A DNA stretch of 64,000 nucleotides from Mytilus trossulus (Eukaryota): positions 17,918,001 to 17,982,000 of the forward strand of contig NC_086384.1 of NCBI RefSeq assembly GCF_036588685.1. The letters are read 5' to 3'. The position numbers were made by a program, and so were the translations under genes. Shown here in pieces: positions 10,894 to 23,000 of the stretch. The notes below the pieces were generated by a model. That model had not been told where the DNA came from and did no database searches. It saw only the letters and a list, made by a program, of their open reading frames with translations. How positions within the stretch are numbered: position 1 is the first letter of the stretch; each line of letters begins with the position of its first letter.

Positions 10894-13247
10894 CGAATAA
10901 TAAATGTTAATAATGCCAAATAAAGTACGAAGATGAAGAGCATTGAGGACCAAATATTCCAAAAGGTTTTGCCAACTACAGCTATGGTTATCTATTCCTG
11001 AGGTAGATAGATAGATGAATAGTTTATTCTCATAAAACCATGCAAGTACAAAGGTTACAGAGAAGTTACAAAAAAATATACATTTTGGACTTACCCTTTT
11101 TGAATTTTCCTCGGAGTTTAGTATTGTTGTGTTTTTACTTTATACATAATATCAAAAATAAAATGCAGAAAAACCTTAAAATTACAATAATTTAAAGTTT
11201 TGTAAACAGTTAATTTATAATTATGAACATATCAATGATAACTAAAGTCAACGCAGAAATGCTGACTACTGGGCTGATCAACTCGCTTGTCAATCTTGCT
11301 GATCAAGTCAGTTTCAAAAACGAAAATGCTATAATACTATATATCGTACGTTATTTCGTTCTATATTGGTACAATTTATATTTTGTTGTTTATTCTTTAG
11401 TTTTCTTTGTTGTGTTATGTTTACTATTGTTTGTCAGTGTGTCCTTTTCATTTTTAGCTATGGCGTTGTCAGTTTATTGTCGATTTATGAGTTTGACTGT
11501 CCCTCTGATATCTTTCTTCACTCTTTTATATACCAGTTACTGAAATACGGACCCGTCCTATTTAAGTTTACCGTAGATATTACTTCAGGTCACATTGTTG
11601 GGTGGTCTGTCGTACTGCATATTAAATCTGTTGAAATAATTCCAATGAACTTCACGTAAATGTCTTCCAATCAATATGGCGTGAAATAAAAACTTTTAGA
11701 AATAGTAAAACTCATCAAAAATATGAATACGACATGAAGCCAGTACACATAAGACCTTTTTTCTGCAATCTGACAAAATTAAGTGTAAATAGTTATTTAA
11801 GGTACCAGGCTTATAATGTATTACGCCATTTAAGATACTGTAAGCATTGTATGTGTGATTTGGTATTCTATAAATAATCATGTAAAGATGATGACTCTTT
11901 GCAAGTGTACCTTTTATTTTATCAAGAAATAGAGCAATTTTACAAACGATGATAAACAATACATTAATTATAGGGTGATACTTGACATATCCCCTTCTAA
12001 CTAAATTGACCTGATAACGTTTTCAGCTGTGGTCCTTTTGAATATTCTGTCTTAAAAATCTTAGTAACAGACTTATAATGTATAATGAAGGTAGGAACAC
12101 AACCTTTAATTAATTAGTTGAGGTGGATAGCTGTCTTTTTTCCTATTGTTGTAAAATATTAGTCGGGCGGTTTTTTTTTTTCAGTTTGAATTATTCATGT
12201 CTGATCTTTACATGTTATATGTGATTTGCTCATTGTTGAATGACGAATGTTGGCAAATGATTGCTGATTATATCTATGAAGTTATTCTCTCGATGATTGT
12301 TGTCTCATTGGTAAGCATATCACATATTCTTATCTTTGTATTAATGAGTTGTATTTAATGAAGGTTATCGTAGAAATACGTTTCACACATACATCTGTAA
12401 TATACGCCTTATTGTTATACTGTTTTACTTAGTGCACAGGGTTTCAAACCATTATATTCGTAGCCATGGTTTGAATGTTCTTAACTTATCGTAGATACAA
12501 TGCTTGAAATTTTGTACACAATATGCCTGTTTTGTCTTATAAGCTTAGTAAGGATCGAACTCCCAAACAGCGGTTACGTCCTCTTTTCTACGCTACATTG
12601 ACTTAAACGAAAATTTACCGAAGCAACGTCGCCACTGTTTCGGAGTTAGAGTAAAGATGCTCGATGATGCCGATGATGGCCTGAAATACCATTCATATGT
12701 TGAAATCAATTTAATTCATTAAAGGTAGTAGATTTATTAAAATAGAAGAAATAAAGTTTTTACATTCGACGAAAGTTTTAACAATTGAGAACAGAATATG
12801 AAAATCAGAATGAGAAATTTGATTGTAAAGATTGCTCCCATCTTTTGGTCTTTGTAGTTGAGCTTTTATTTATGCTATTACACAAGATAGAACAACAAAA
12901 ATAATCTAAGCGAGTTTTTAAAAGTGAAACCGTTTTTAATATAATGATAGATCATACATAATTAGACTGCAACGTTCAATGATATTGTGTTTTCATTAAG
13001 AACGAAACGCTTTATAATTCAGCAGGACATACTACATATCTACCATGAACTACCACTTACAGTGAAACACATGGCATTCAACTGTTTAGATGAACAACAA
13101 AATACCAAAATATTTTTTTTCAACATTGATAACTGATAACATATGGTAGCTGTGTAACTGATCTAAATGTTGTCACATTTTAATAAATATACATGTAATT
13201 AATCTAGATAACACACATCAAAGTATTTATTCATATGTGTCATATCG

Positions 13248-14441
13248 CTAAGATACAGCTATGAAAAATGCACAGTTGATAATGAAAATATTTGCATATA
13301 GTATTACCATCATAAGTGTATCTAGAGCATGACAAACTTCTTGCCAGGTTATGTTTGTCTCTATAGGCGAGGATATTATATCCCCCTTTGCACCATTCTT
13401 AGTCAACGGCCGCACAGGTGTATGCCTTCTACTCCATGGTAATCTCGTCCCGATAAACTTCCAAAAAGAGTTCATTTTAACGTGTGGTTCTCTATGATAA
13501 AGTGCCGCTATGTAAATAGTTACACCAGCTGTGATACCGCTTATTACAATAGTCACTATCATTATAATCAGTAAAACACTCATCGGATTTGAAGAGGCTG
13601 GTATGGACGTTTGTACCATTGTCAGGAATATAGCATACGATAATAATATTGTCATCGCAAGTCCTAAGCGTTCACCAGATTCAACAGGAAGTAGAAACAC
13701 GAGCGGGTTTAATACAAAGAACATATTTGTTGGCAAAGCTACCATTATGACGTAGTACAACGGCACACGCTTTATCGTCATTGTAAGTATAAGCATAGAG
13801 TACCCGTTCTCAACTATAGATTTTGAACTATAGGAATCTAGTTTCCAATTTGAATTTTCATTGTAAAACGCTAAACTCATAGGGTTTGCGACTATGGTTA
13901 TATCGTTTGATGTTATTCCCCAGACGGCAAATTGCAGATGACATGTTTGAGAATCAAATGGAAACTTGTATATATTGGCTGTACATTTCGATGACAAAAC
14001 ATCACCATAAGCTATTGACATGGTTCCATTAGAATAAACTGTTGCAAATATATCGTTTTCTCCCGCTAAAGGTTCATATGTTTCAACAGAATTTACCAGA
14101 ACAAACTTTGGAGTCCACACATCTGTGTGAGGCACTATAATATATTCCGCATTACCGTATGATGATGGAGTCCACGAAAATCCGTCATCAACCCAGTTTG
14201 CTATAAGTCCTAAAGCCACGTCTAGAGTTTCTTCCACTTCCTGAAACTGAGTAATGGTCATTAAATAGGGTGATATTGTTATTTGTAATGGTGCTGAAAA
14301 ATCAGAATTTGGAACGATGGATGGTTGGTAACTTGTAAAAATATCAGTATATAATTGTCTTATATTTGACGATGTCTGACCATGAACATGGTTCAAAAAA
14401 AGAATAAATAAAAACATTCCGAAAATTTTACAATTATCCAT
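13248..14441 (-). CDS. Intronless nicotinic acetylcholine receptor-like subunit (Cys-loop pLGIC, non-alpha), 397 aa
   Basis: Signal peptide, WTP motif, Cys-loop CTANIYKFPFDSQTC, four TM segments, LPVESGER before M2; first ATG at 14441 (the ORF track start 14474 is GTG). Confidence 0.93.
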   Translation of the reverse strand: MDNCKIFGMFLFILFLNHVHGQTSSNIRQLYTDIFTSYQPSIVPNSDFSAPLQITISPYLMTITQFQEVEETLDVALGLIANWVDDGFSWTPSSYGNAEYIIVPHTDVWTPKFVLVNSVETYEPLAGENDIFATVYSNGTMSIAYGDVLSSKCTANIYKFPFDSQTCHLQFAVWGITSNDITIVANPMSLAFYNENSNWKLDSYSSKSIVENGYSMLILTMTIKRVPLYYVIMVALPTNMFFVLNPLVFLLPVESGERLGLAMTILLSYAIFLTMVQTSIPASSNPMSVLLIIMIVTIVISGITAGVTIYIAALYHREPHVKMNSFWKFIGTRLPWSRRHTPVRPLTKNGAKGDIISSPIETNITWQEVCHALDTLMMVILYANIFIINCAFFIAVS

Positions 14442-15560
14442 TGTAATGAAACATCCAACACAAGTTATGTTCACAAATATACGAATAACCGTTTGAATAA
14501 CAGCTTAAATAATGCAGCCTTCCGTGATTTTCATGTATTTAAATATGGTGTCTCTACAAAAACCTACATTTTTGTAGTAAGTATTTAATATTAATCGAAA
14601 CAAATCTGCTTTAATTAAATGTATTTCAATAAAAAGATTAACAGTTATATATATACATATAGACGATTTAAAGTAAACTATTCCAAATATTATGATTACT
14701 ATAATATCAAATTTTATAACATGATACCACTTTCAATCAATGGAATGTTTACAAATGTCCACCGAGGACACACGTCTTAAGAGATAATTATCCATATTAA
14801 ATCAAAAAGTAAAAGTAAAAAGAAAAAAATCCTTGATGTCCAGCTTGTTTCTACCATGCCGTAAATGCATGTTAAAAATAGAAATTATGCAAAATGTACG
14901 GTATGTTTTTTGTCATTGTTGAAGGAATTATACATTGTATTAATTTCCTTTTAGTTTTTCTATTAGAATTATCATGCGAACAATTGGTCATAACAATTGT
15001 TATAATACAGGCTTACTGTTGTAAAAACTGTTTCTCCCAAGTAACAAGCTATAAAATTGTAATTGTTGGCATTTGGTTTGACTAGACCAATAACAGTAGA
15101 TTCTTTAATCGGTCATTAGCCTAATTGCAATATTTTCAGATGTTCGGGAGAATAAATTCGTTCCATAGTGTGCAAGAGACCTTTAGTTACACCCAAAAAA
15201 TGAATTTAGTGGCCCCATATATATATCTTTTTAGGTCACTACCAAACTACGTAACTAATGGTATACATTATAGTATTTATCTTAATACAATGAATCAGAC
15301 CACTGATCATATAACAAAAATTTAAATGTATCTGACTCTATGATTACTTAGTTATCCGGCTTAAGTGATCAATGTTTAAATATTGTTATTACACAAGAGC
15401 ATTCAAATTAAATACTAGAAAGAGGTACTTACAAAGAACACATTACACATTAAATGTTCCTTAGTCAAGTGTGTATCAATTGAAAAATATCGATACTTAA
15501 TTTGAAGAAGTTGGGAACAGTTTGTATACTGTGTTTGGGTTTGTTCAATAAAGTTATGTA

Positions 15561-16017
15561 AAAGAGGGGTTAATGATACCAGAGGCACAGTCAAACTCAT
15601 AGATTGAAAATAAACTGATAACGCCATGGCTAAAAAATAAAAGGACAAACAGACAAATAATAGTACATAAGAAAGAACATAGAAAATAAAAACACTAGGC
15701 AACATAAACACCACCAAAACTGAGGGAGATCTCAGGTGCTTCGGAAGTGTAAGCATGTGGCACCCGTCATCTTGCTTATGTTATTACAAATCCGGTAAAT
15801 AGTCTAATTCGGTAGGTCACATTCGTTTAAAAGGGAATGGTTTGATGGTGGTTACGACATAAGGTACATCTCCGATATTATATGTGAAACGGTTATTCCA
15901 TAACAGTCAACCAACAAGTGATGGCGTCCAAAAAATACGAAGGGATGCTTTCAACTTCACCATTTGGAACTCTTGGTTTCATAGATTCCTTGTGAGCAGC
16001 AACCCTCTATCAAGAAA
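15561..16017 (-). mobile_element. 3' end of a Penelope-like retroelement (RT C-terminus plus 3' UTR); related UTR copies at 11385-11528, 30190-30440 and 36225-36437
   Basis: Decayed translation FLDRGLLLTRNL*NQEFQMVKLKASLR..GRHH; the downstream sequence recurs in the window. Confidence 0.6.
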
Positions 16018-16639
16018 CATGATAAAATTCTGTTATAAAGTCTTTTTTATCTGCTATTGCTAATATAATATATGAAGTTTTTTTAGATGATATTGCAAGT
16101 GTTTTGACACCCTTTATCTGATTCAGTATTATCTTTCTTTAACATGTTTGTATTACGCATATGATATATTTAATTTAACAGGGGGAATGTTTATCCCATA
16201 TCAAGCCCCATATTGCTAGCTTTATGATTAAAACATAACTCAATTTGCAAGTTTTGTATTCAAGTTTCTGAAAATAGTGTTTTGCCTCCTCTGTTTTCGT
16301 TACCTTATTGTACTTTCAACATTAAAAATAACTGATTATCTGTCGGCTAAAAATTACATATGTCACTATATTAATTTTTTGTTTGTTATGAAAATGATCA
16401 CTAATCTACAAAGGATTTTCAACACAGGATAATTATGCTTACCTTAAATGTTGCTGGGATTTTTATTGCCACGTTTATACATTTGTATTTCTTCCTTATT
16501 TTGCACTATTTTGATGCATGGATTGATGATCTTTTAATTTGGTAAACTACTGTTGCCTCAGAATTCCGAATTCTAATTTACGTAATTAACTACCGTTGAC
16601 TATATTTGCACTTTCAATTATAATACCGGCATTATCTTT

Positions 16640-17077
16640 AGGTGGCACGGTAGTATTTCCTGGTCCATAAGGGATAATGATAGCCTTTTTAGAATTTTCA
16701 CCGCTTTCTAACACTGCAAAAAATTCTACATTCACAGTTAACTGAAGTACTTTCATTTTACTATTCAGAAATGAATTTGAATATGTATATTGACCGTTTA
16801 CTTGTTTTGCTATTTTTAAAAAGCTGAGACCACTAGTACTTTTAGGTCTTTCATGGTGCAGGTAATACAAAATTTAAAAAATTCTCAAAAATTGATTTTC
16901 ATCTGTATGTAAAATTATTTCATATTTTTCTACACCTGATTCATAACTCAGTTTGGGAAACTATGTTCAGTTGATACTGTATTTTTTGTCCAATCACACT
17001 GTTCTGATACATTTACCTAAGTAGGGTACACAGAAGAGCAACCTAAATTCTGGAAAGTAAAAACTACCGTGCCACCT
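16640..17077. mobile_element. TIR MITE (Kolobok-like)
   Basis: 15-bp TIR AGGTGGCACGGTAGT/ACTACCGTGCCACCT; TTAA on the right flank, degenerate on the left. Confidence 0.6.
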
Positions 17078-19799
17078 TTAACATATGAGAAATTATATAC
17101 CTGAACATCAGTATACTGATGTCATATATTTCATACGAAACTGTTTGTTTACATTGATGTGTAATATTTTGTTGATGAGTAAAGTCATCTGGTAGTATTT
17201 AAGAAAATATAACCCCTCTGAAAACAAAATCAACCAAACAAATCGGCTTAATACATTTTTACCCAAGAAATACAATATTCGCTACTGAAATGATTTATTT
17301 CGATTCGTTTTTATAGTGAACTCAAGTGAAATCCAAGATATCCTAATTGTGCTAAAACTAAGGTTGAAACTCATTAGGCAAAGTTGATTTTAGTCGACAT
17401 TATAGTATGCAGATCAAAATACTCCACATTATATACAATTGAATGGTTGGTCGAAATAACATTTAAGTACTGTTTATTTCAAGCAGAATTGGTTTGAACT
17501 TAAGAAAGTCGGCAGAAATCTTTTTGTCATCAAGAAAATATTGTTAAAACATTAAGTGCTCTTAGTAAATTGTTTACTTAAGAATGGTTTTAACGCAAAA
17601 CACTTGATATATACAAATTTTAAACGGAATAAACCTTTGTTTTCGATCTTTTATACTCTTAATATGTAATACATTGTCGTATCTTTGTTGTAAAGCAAAT
17701 ATAGAGTTCACGTTATGGTGTGAAACACATTAAATTTTGTTATTGTATCGTATAATTATCATATTTTTCAACGTCATTAAGAACGTGTCACCTTTTTACT
17801 GTTTTATATCTTACTCTGCAGATTTTATTGTACGCATTTTAATTTCATAAAAAGTAGTTATTCATGACATAGTTGGTGTAAACCTTTTGAAATCAACGTA
17901 AATCTTGTAATAATTGTTTCCAACATAATATTATACAAATATTAGTCTCCTTTCAAGAGTGAACCAATCCAATTAAATCTTTTCTATTTAGAACATGTTC
18001 TGAACAATGTCCTGATTTACCAAATTATGGAAAATAAATTGATACAATCTTAGTGAAATAAAATTGTACTGCAATCAGTGGAATCATGAATAACAATTTA
18101 TAAAAGTAAACCATTAAAGGTCAATGTACGACCTTCAACACGGTGCCTTGGCTCACACCAAACAACAAGCTATAAAGGGCCCAAAAATTACTAGTGTAAA
18201 ACCATTCAAACGGGAAAACCAACGGTTAAATCTATATAAAGAAAAACGAGAAATGAGAAACACGTGTAAATTACATAAACAATGGACAACTACTGTACAT
18301 CAGAATCCTGACTTAGGACAGGTGTAAACATTTGCAGCGGGATTAAACGTATAATGGTACCAAACCTTCTCCCTTTTTCTAGTTTAATTGTCAACATATG
18401 TTTGATTTCACCAAAACACTGAAGTTTTTCGCATTTAGAGACCGGGGTTGGCGGTTGAGACTAAGGATTAAAACACAGCTGTTGGTTATAAAAAAAAAAT
18501 AGGGTATGATTGCTGATGAAACAAATACACGAAATATACACAAAAGTTTAAAAGACTGAAAATCCACTGGTCCGGCTCTGAATATACTGGTCCTGCACAA
18601 ATGTCATGCATTTAACAAACACTTATATAAATGATAGATGTTTTATGTTTACTTTTATTTTCATGCTTTCTTTAATGTTTGAATGATTTTCCCTGCCTTT
18701 TGTTCCGGTAGATTGTTTGTGCTTTTTTTTAATGTGAATTATTTAAATTTTTTTCCGGCAGTTTAACTCCTTCTAAAAACAGTTTTAAAGGATGCTCACC
18801 AGAGATATAAATAAATTATATCAATTGTTAAACTTTGAAATTGATTTCACAGGTAAATTATTTTGTAAACAAACTTAACGGAGCAATCAGTAATTTTTAT
18901 TGACAAATTTCTTCTGGTCCGTCGGACCAACAGCTGACAACATCTTCTGGTCCGTCGCAAATTCTACTGGTCTCGGACCACCGGACCAGCGCTAATTTCG
19001 ACCTCTGGCCATGACGTTGACGATCAATTTTTACCTATCAATTTGAATATCACTTTCACAAATTGATAAATAATTATTTGACAAACGAATTACGTTGATA
19101 AAGATTCAAGCGTCGTAGACACATTATTGTCTTATGCAGTCCCTTAATATCCTTAAAAATAACAAATATGAATTAAAGTCATATGAATAAACATAATTCA
19201 AATTAATTTTGATAAATTGTCCTATTATATTTATATGGTCAACTATTACTTTACTGTAATAGATATTGATAATAACGCAAATAGTTTGTTATGACCAGTT
19301 CAACAGCTTAAATAATCCAATTTTTAATCGCCTTAATAAAATTGAGAATGGAAATGGGGCATGTGCCAAAGGAAAAAAGCAAGACCATAGAGCAGACAAC
19401 AGCAGAAGGTCAACAACAGGTCTTCATTTCAATGAGAAATTTCCGTAACCGTAGGCGTCCTTCAGATGGCCCCTAAACAAATATACACCAGTTCAGTGAT
19501 AATGAACGCCATACTAAACTCTAAATTGTACACAAGAAACTAAAAGTTAAATTAATACAAGACTAACAAAGGCCAGAGAATCCTGACTTGGGATAGGCGC
19601 AAAAATGCGGCGGGGTTAAACATGTTTGTGAGATCTCAACCCTTCTCCTATACCTCTAGCCAATGCAGAAAAGAAAACGCATTTTGAATGTGATAATTTA
19701 GGTCGTCAATCAATGGCCAGGACCACACTGTTTTGAATATGATTCTATCAATTTTTAACTTCGTATTTTATTTGTTCTTTTTAACACTTAATTGATTCG

Positions 19800-19841
19800 A
19801 GCGTCACTAATAATTCTTTGAAGATGAAAAGCGAATCTGGC
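19800..19841 (+). ncRNA. Highly degenerate hammerhead ribozyme copy
   Basis: agcgtca-ctaataa-...-gaaa-agcgaa-tc-tggc with the same flanks as the copy at 10850. Confidence 0.4.
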
Positions 19842-19940
19842 AAAATTATAACATTTCAATCCTGGTACCTATGATGAGTTTATTTTAATTAACGTTTTTA
19901 ACATTTACGTTGGAAGACATGGAATATAGAGATGTTACTT

Positions 19941-20036
19941 TTATTCACCCAGTCGTCTGTATTTATATCCGCTAGACCACATTAGATATGGATCACTAAC
20001 AAAATCTGGTAAAAAGTTGTAACATGCAGCTAATCT
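19941..20036 (-). CDS. SDR exon 6 (RLAACYNFLPDFVSD...LGE*)
   Basis: Acceptor ttattttAG, phase 0; LP-x-x-x-x-D motif as in RDH C-termini; TAA stop. Confidence 0.8.
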   Translation of the reverse strand, partial: RLAACYNFLPDFVSDPYLMWSSGYKYRRLGE

Positions 20037-23000
20037 CTAAAATAAATAACAAACCATGAGTAAAAAAAAACGAACGTAAAATTCAATCATAATTATATAA
20101 TTATTCTGCTAACATAAAAATAAGTGGTATATGTATGAACATGCTATTTGACGGTTCCGAAATGACAAAACAATTGATCGATAACAATAACGATCTGATT
20201 TAACAAAACAAAAAACACATGATAAACAGCAACAAATTACAACAACTGTATTACCGGTTCCTTACAAATGTTCTTGAGACATGCATATATAGAGTGTAGA
20301 GAGGGTTAAACATGTGTGTGGGTACGCACAAACCATCCCCTTACATGGAACAGTTGTGCAACAACACAGCATATGAATAAACTATAAAAATCATTTTGAT
20401 ATAAATAAAATACAGAAAAAATAGAATTTAAACATACGGCACGAGTATCGATGTTCAATCCCTGTCCGCCATCAACCAGATATCTATATTTAGGATGGAC
20501 GTTTCGGAGAGCGTCTAACATGGCGTCAATAACAGGTCCCGGTGACGAGGCTGCACGTGTGTCATTTCGATTCACCAACATTTCGTCATACCATGCAAAA
20601 AAGTATTTTCTTCCGTACAACCGTTTAATTTCTTCGCTTGATTCTTTCCATTGTTCTTCGCAGTCCTTCTTCACCCTTTCACACTGAAATACAGGTGCAA
20701 AAAAAATACGCTTTAAAGTATATGGGGCAATTTGGCTAAGAAAATACAAAACTTATCAGAGGTGATATATTAACAAAGAAAACCAAAAAATGTCTCCACA
20801 TACATATAATGATGTCTATTTAAATTGTAAAAAAAAGAAAATAGTTTCTACTCGTTGTTAATTTTTAATTCATATGTAATATAGATTGATTGATTCTTGG
20901 TTGCTTAACGTTCAATGGCAACTATTTCATGCATATTCATGCATATTCAGGAAAAGAACAAATTGACAATAAAAACAATACTAAACAATTGGTATGTCTC
21001 AATCTCTTGTAAAAAAAGAGGTCATCCGGGATGATGGTCGGGGAAATTTTGACTGCTACTGAAAAATAAGGGGTATACATGTCTTGCAACAGGCCACCTA
21101 TGGACCCCTCAAAGTGTTATTGCAAGGGTTTTTAGCATGCAAAGAGCGCACGGTACTCTTTTTACACGCGGCACCGGATTTAACGGCCCCATTCTGACCA
21201 GACGTGTCTGCAAACTTGATACATCCCGCACAGCCAAACGGAGGCTCAACTCTAGCAAGCGTTTTACTACCGGTACCAAAGAATATCGAGTAGATATAGG
21301 AAGATGTGGTGTGACTGTCAATGAGACAATTCTCCATCCAAGTATCAATTTATAAAAGTAAACAGTCATAGGTCAATGTACGGTCTTCAACACGGAGCCT
21401 TGGCTCACACCTAACAAAAAGCTATAAACGGCCCCAACATAACTAGTGTAAAACCATTCATTCACCAATGACCATGTTTCTATTCCCTATTCACTGTTGC
21501 GGGGGGGGGGGTCATATATAATAAGATGTTCGTTATATTATAAATATTACTGAATTGGTATTTGTGTAAGAAAATATAAAATAAGGAAGATTTGGTATGA
21601 TGGCCAATGAGAAAACTCTTCACAAGAGAAAAATGACACAGAAACACGGTCTTCAACAATGAGTAAAACCAATCGAATAGTCTATATAGCTCTATGAAAG
21701 CTTTTATAAAATCGTTTATCTCATGATCAGTTTGGAACGACATTTCGTGAAATATTAAATATCTGATATAAACATTATCAAAATGTCATTGCCAGGTAAC
21801 ACCAACAATAATATGGTTAACAAATGAAAGGTCATTTGAATATCGTTGTAAAATAACTCATACCGTTTCAATTGACATCGATGCGGTTGCTAATGGAAAC
21901 CAACCGGGTTCAACAATTACAACCTTGATACCAAATTTCACCATTTCCAATCGTAAAGAATCCGACATTGTTTCCACTCCAGCTTTTGACAGGTGGTATG
22001 TTGAATATCCGGGCCATGAAAATCGACCTCTTACAGATGAAACATTAACAATTCTCCCTAAAAAAATATTCTATGTTTACTTGTAGCAAATTGGTTTGGT
22101 ATAATTTTAAAATTTTAGATACTAGCTACACTATACATGTATATATGTTCCGGACCATATGAGTATTTGGACCATACGCGTATGGTCATGACCATATGCG
22201 TATACTCATATGGTCCGACCATATGAGTATTATACTCGTTTGGTTATTAACGGTCCGGACCATATGAGTATTTGGACCATATAGGTAATTTTTCAAATAT
22301 ACAGTAGAAATAATACATATCAATTTTACATTTCAAAATCTACATAAACATTAAATATTAATGGCACAGTCAGTTGATCTTAGTTTTCATCGCTAATTGT
22401 ATTCGTGTATGCTTTTGTATACTTAGAATGACATTCACACGGTACCATACATGTAACTTTTCTGCGCGGATTGCTTGTTTTGGCTGCGTGCAGTGATATC
22501 GACTCGGACAATTCCGATGTGTCTACGGTGTTTTTAAGAAACTCTAGATCGTGTAGATCTTCAATATTGTAAAATGAATATCACAGATCAAATTAAATAA
22601 AGGAAGTAGCTATTTCATGGCTCTTTAATGCTATTTTACCGGTCTTATAATTAAGATTAAAATAGAAGTATAGAAATAAAGAATAGAAAAAATAAACATA
22701 CTGTAGTACGTACACTTTTAATATTTTACTTTTTAATAAATATCATGATTTTTAAAAAATATCATGATCCTTGCCGGTGATGTCACCTACTTTAAACAAT
22801 AAAATTCCTTTTCACAATATGTTCATTCGATTTTGACATCTTATAATTGTACTTACAAATAATAGTAAGTAATATTAACTGTGTGAAACTGTGTGACGTA
22901 ACAACCAGAAGGGTCACACCTAATGAAGAGTTTAAAAGTACACGTGCTAATTACCCCGACCATACGCGTACGGTCCGACCATACGCGTATGGTCGGACCA

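Noticed and set aside
11223-11659. Small hydrophobic membrane-protein-like ORFs (also 15415, 30247, 36279)
   Set aside because: They derive from the T-rich UTR of a dispersed repeat
13531-13755. Antisense ORFs over the receptor genes (also 33139, 42011)
   Set aside because: Shadow frames of hydrophobic TM-coding sequence
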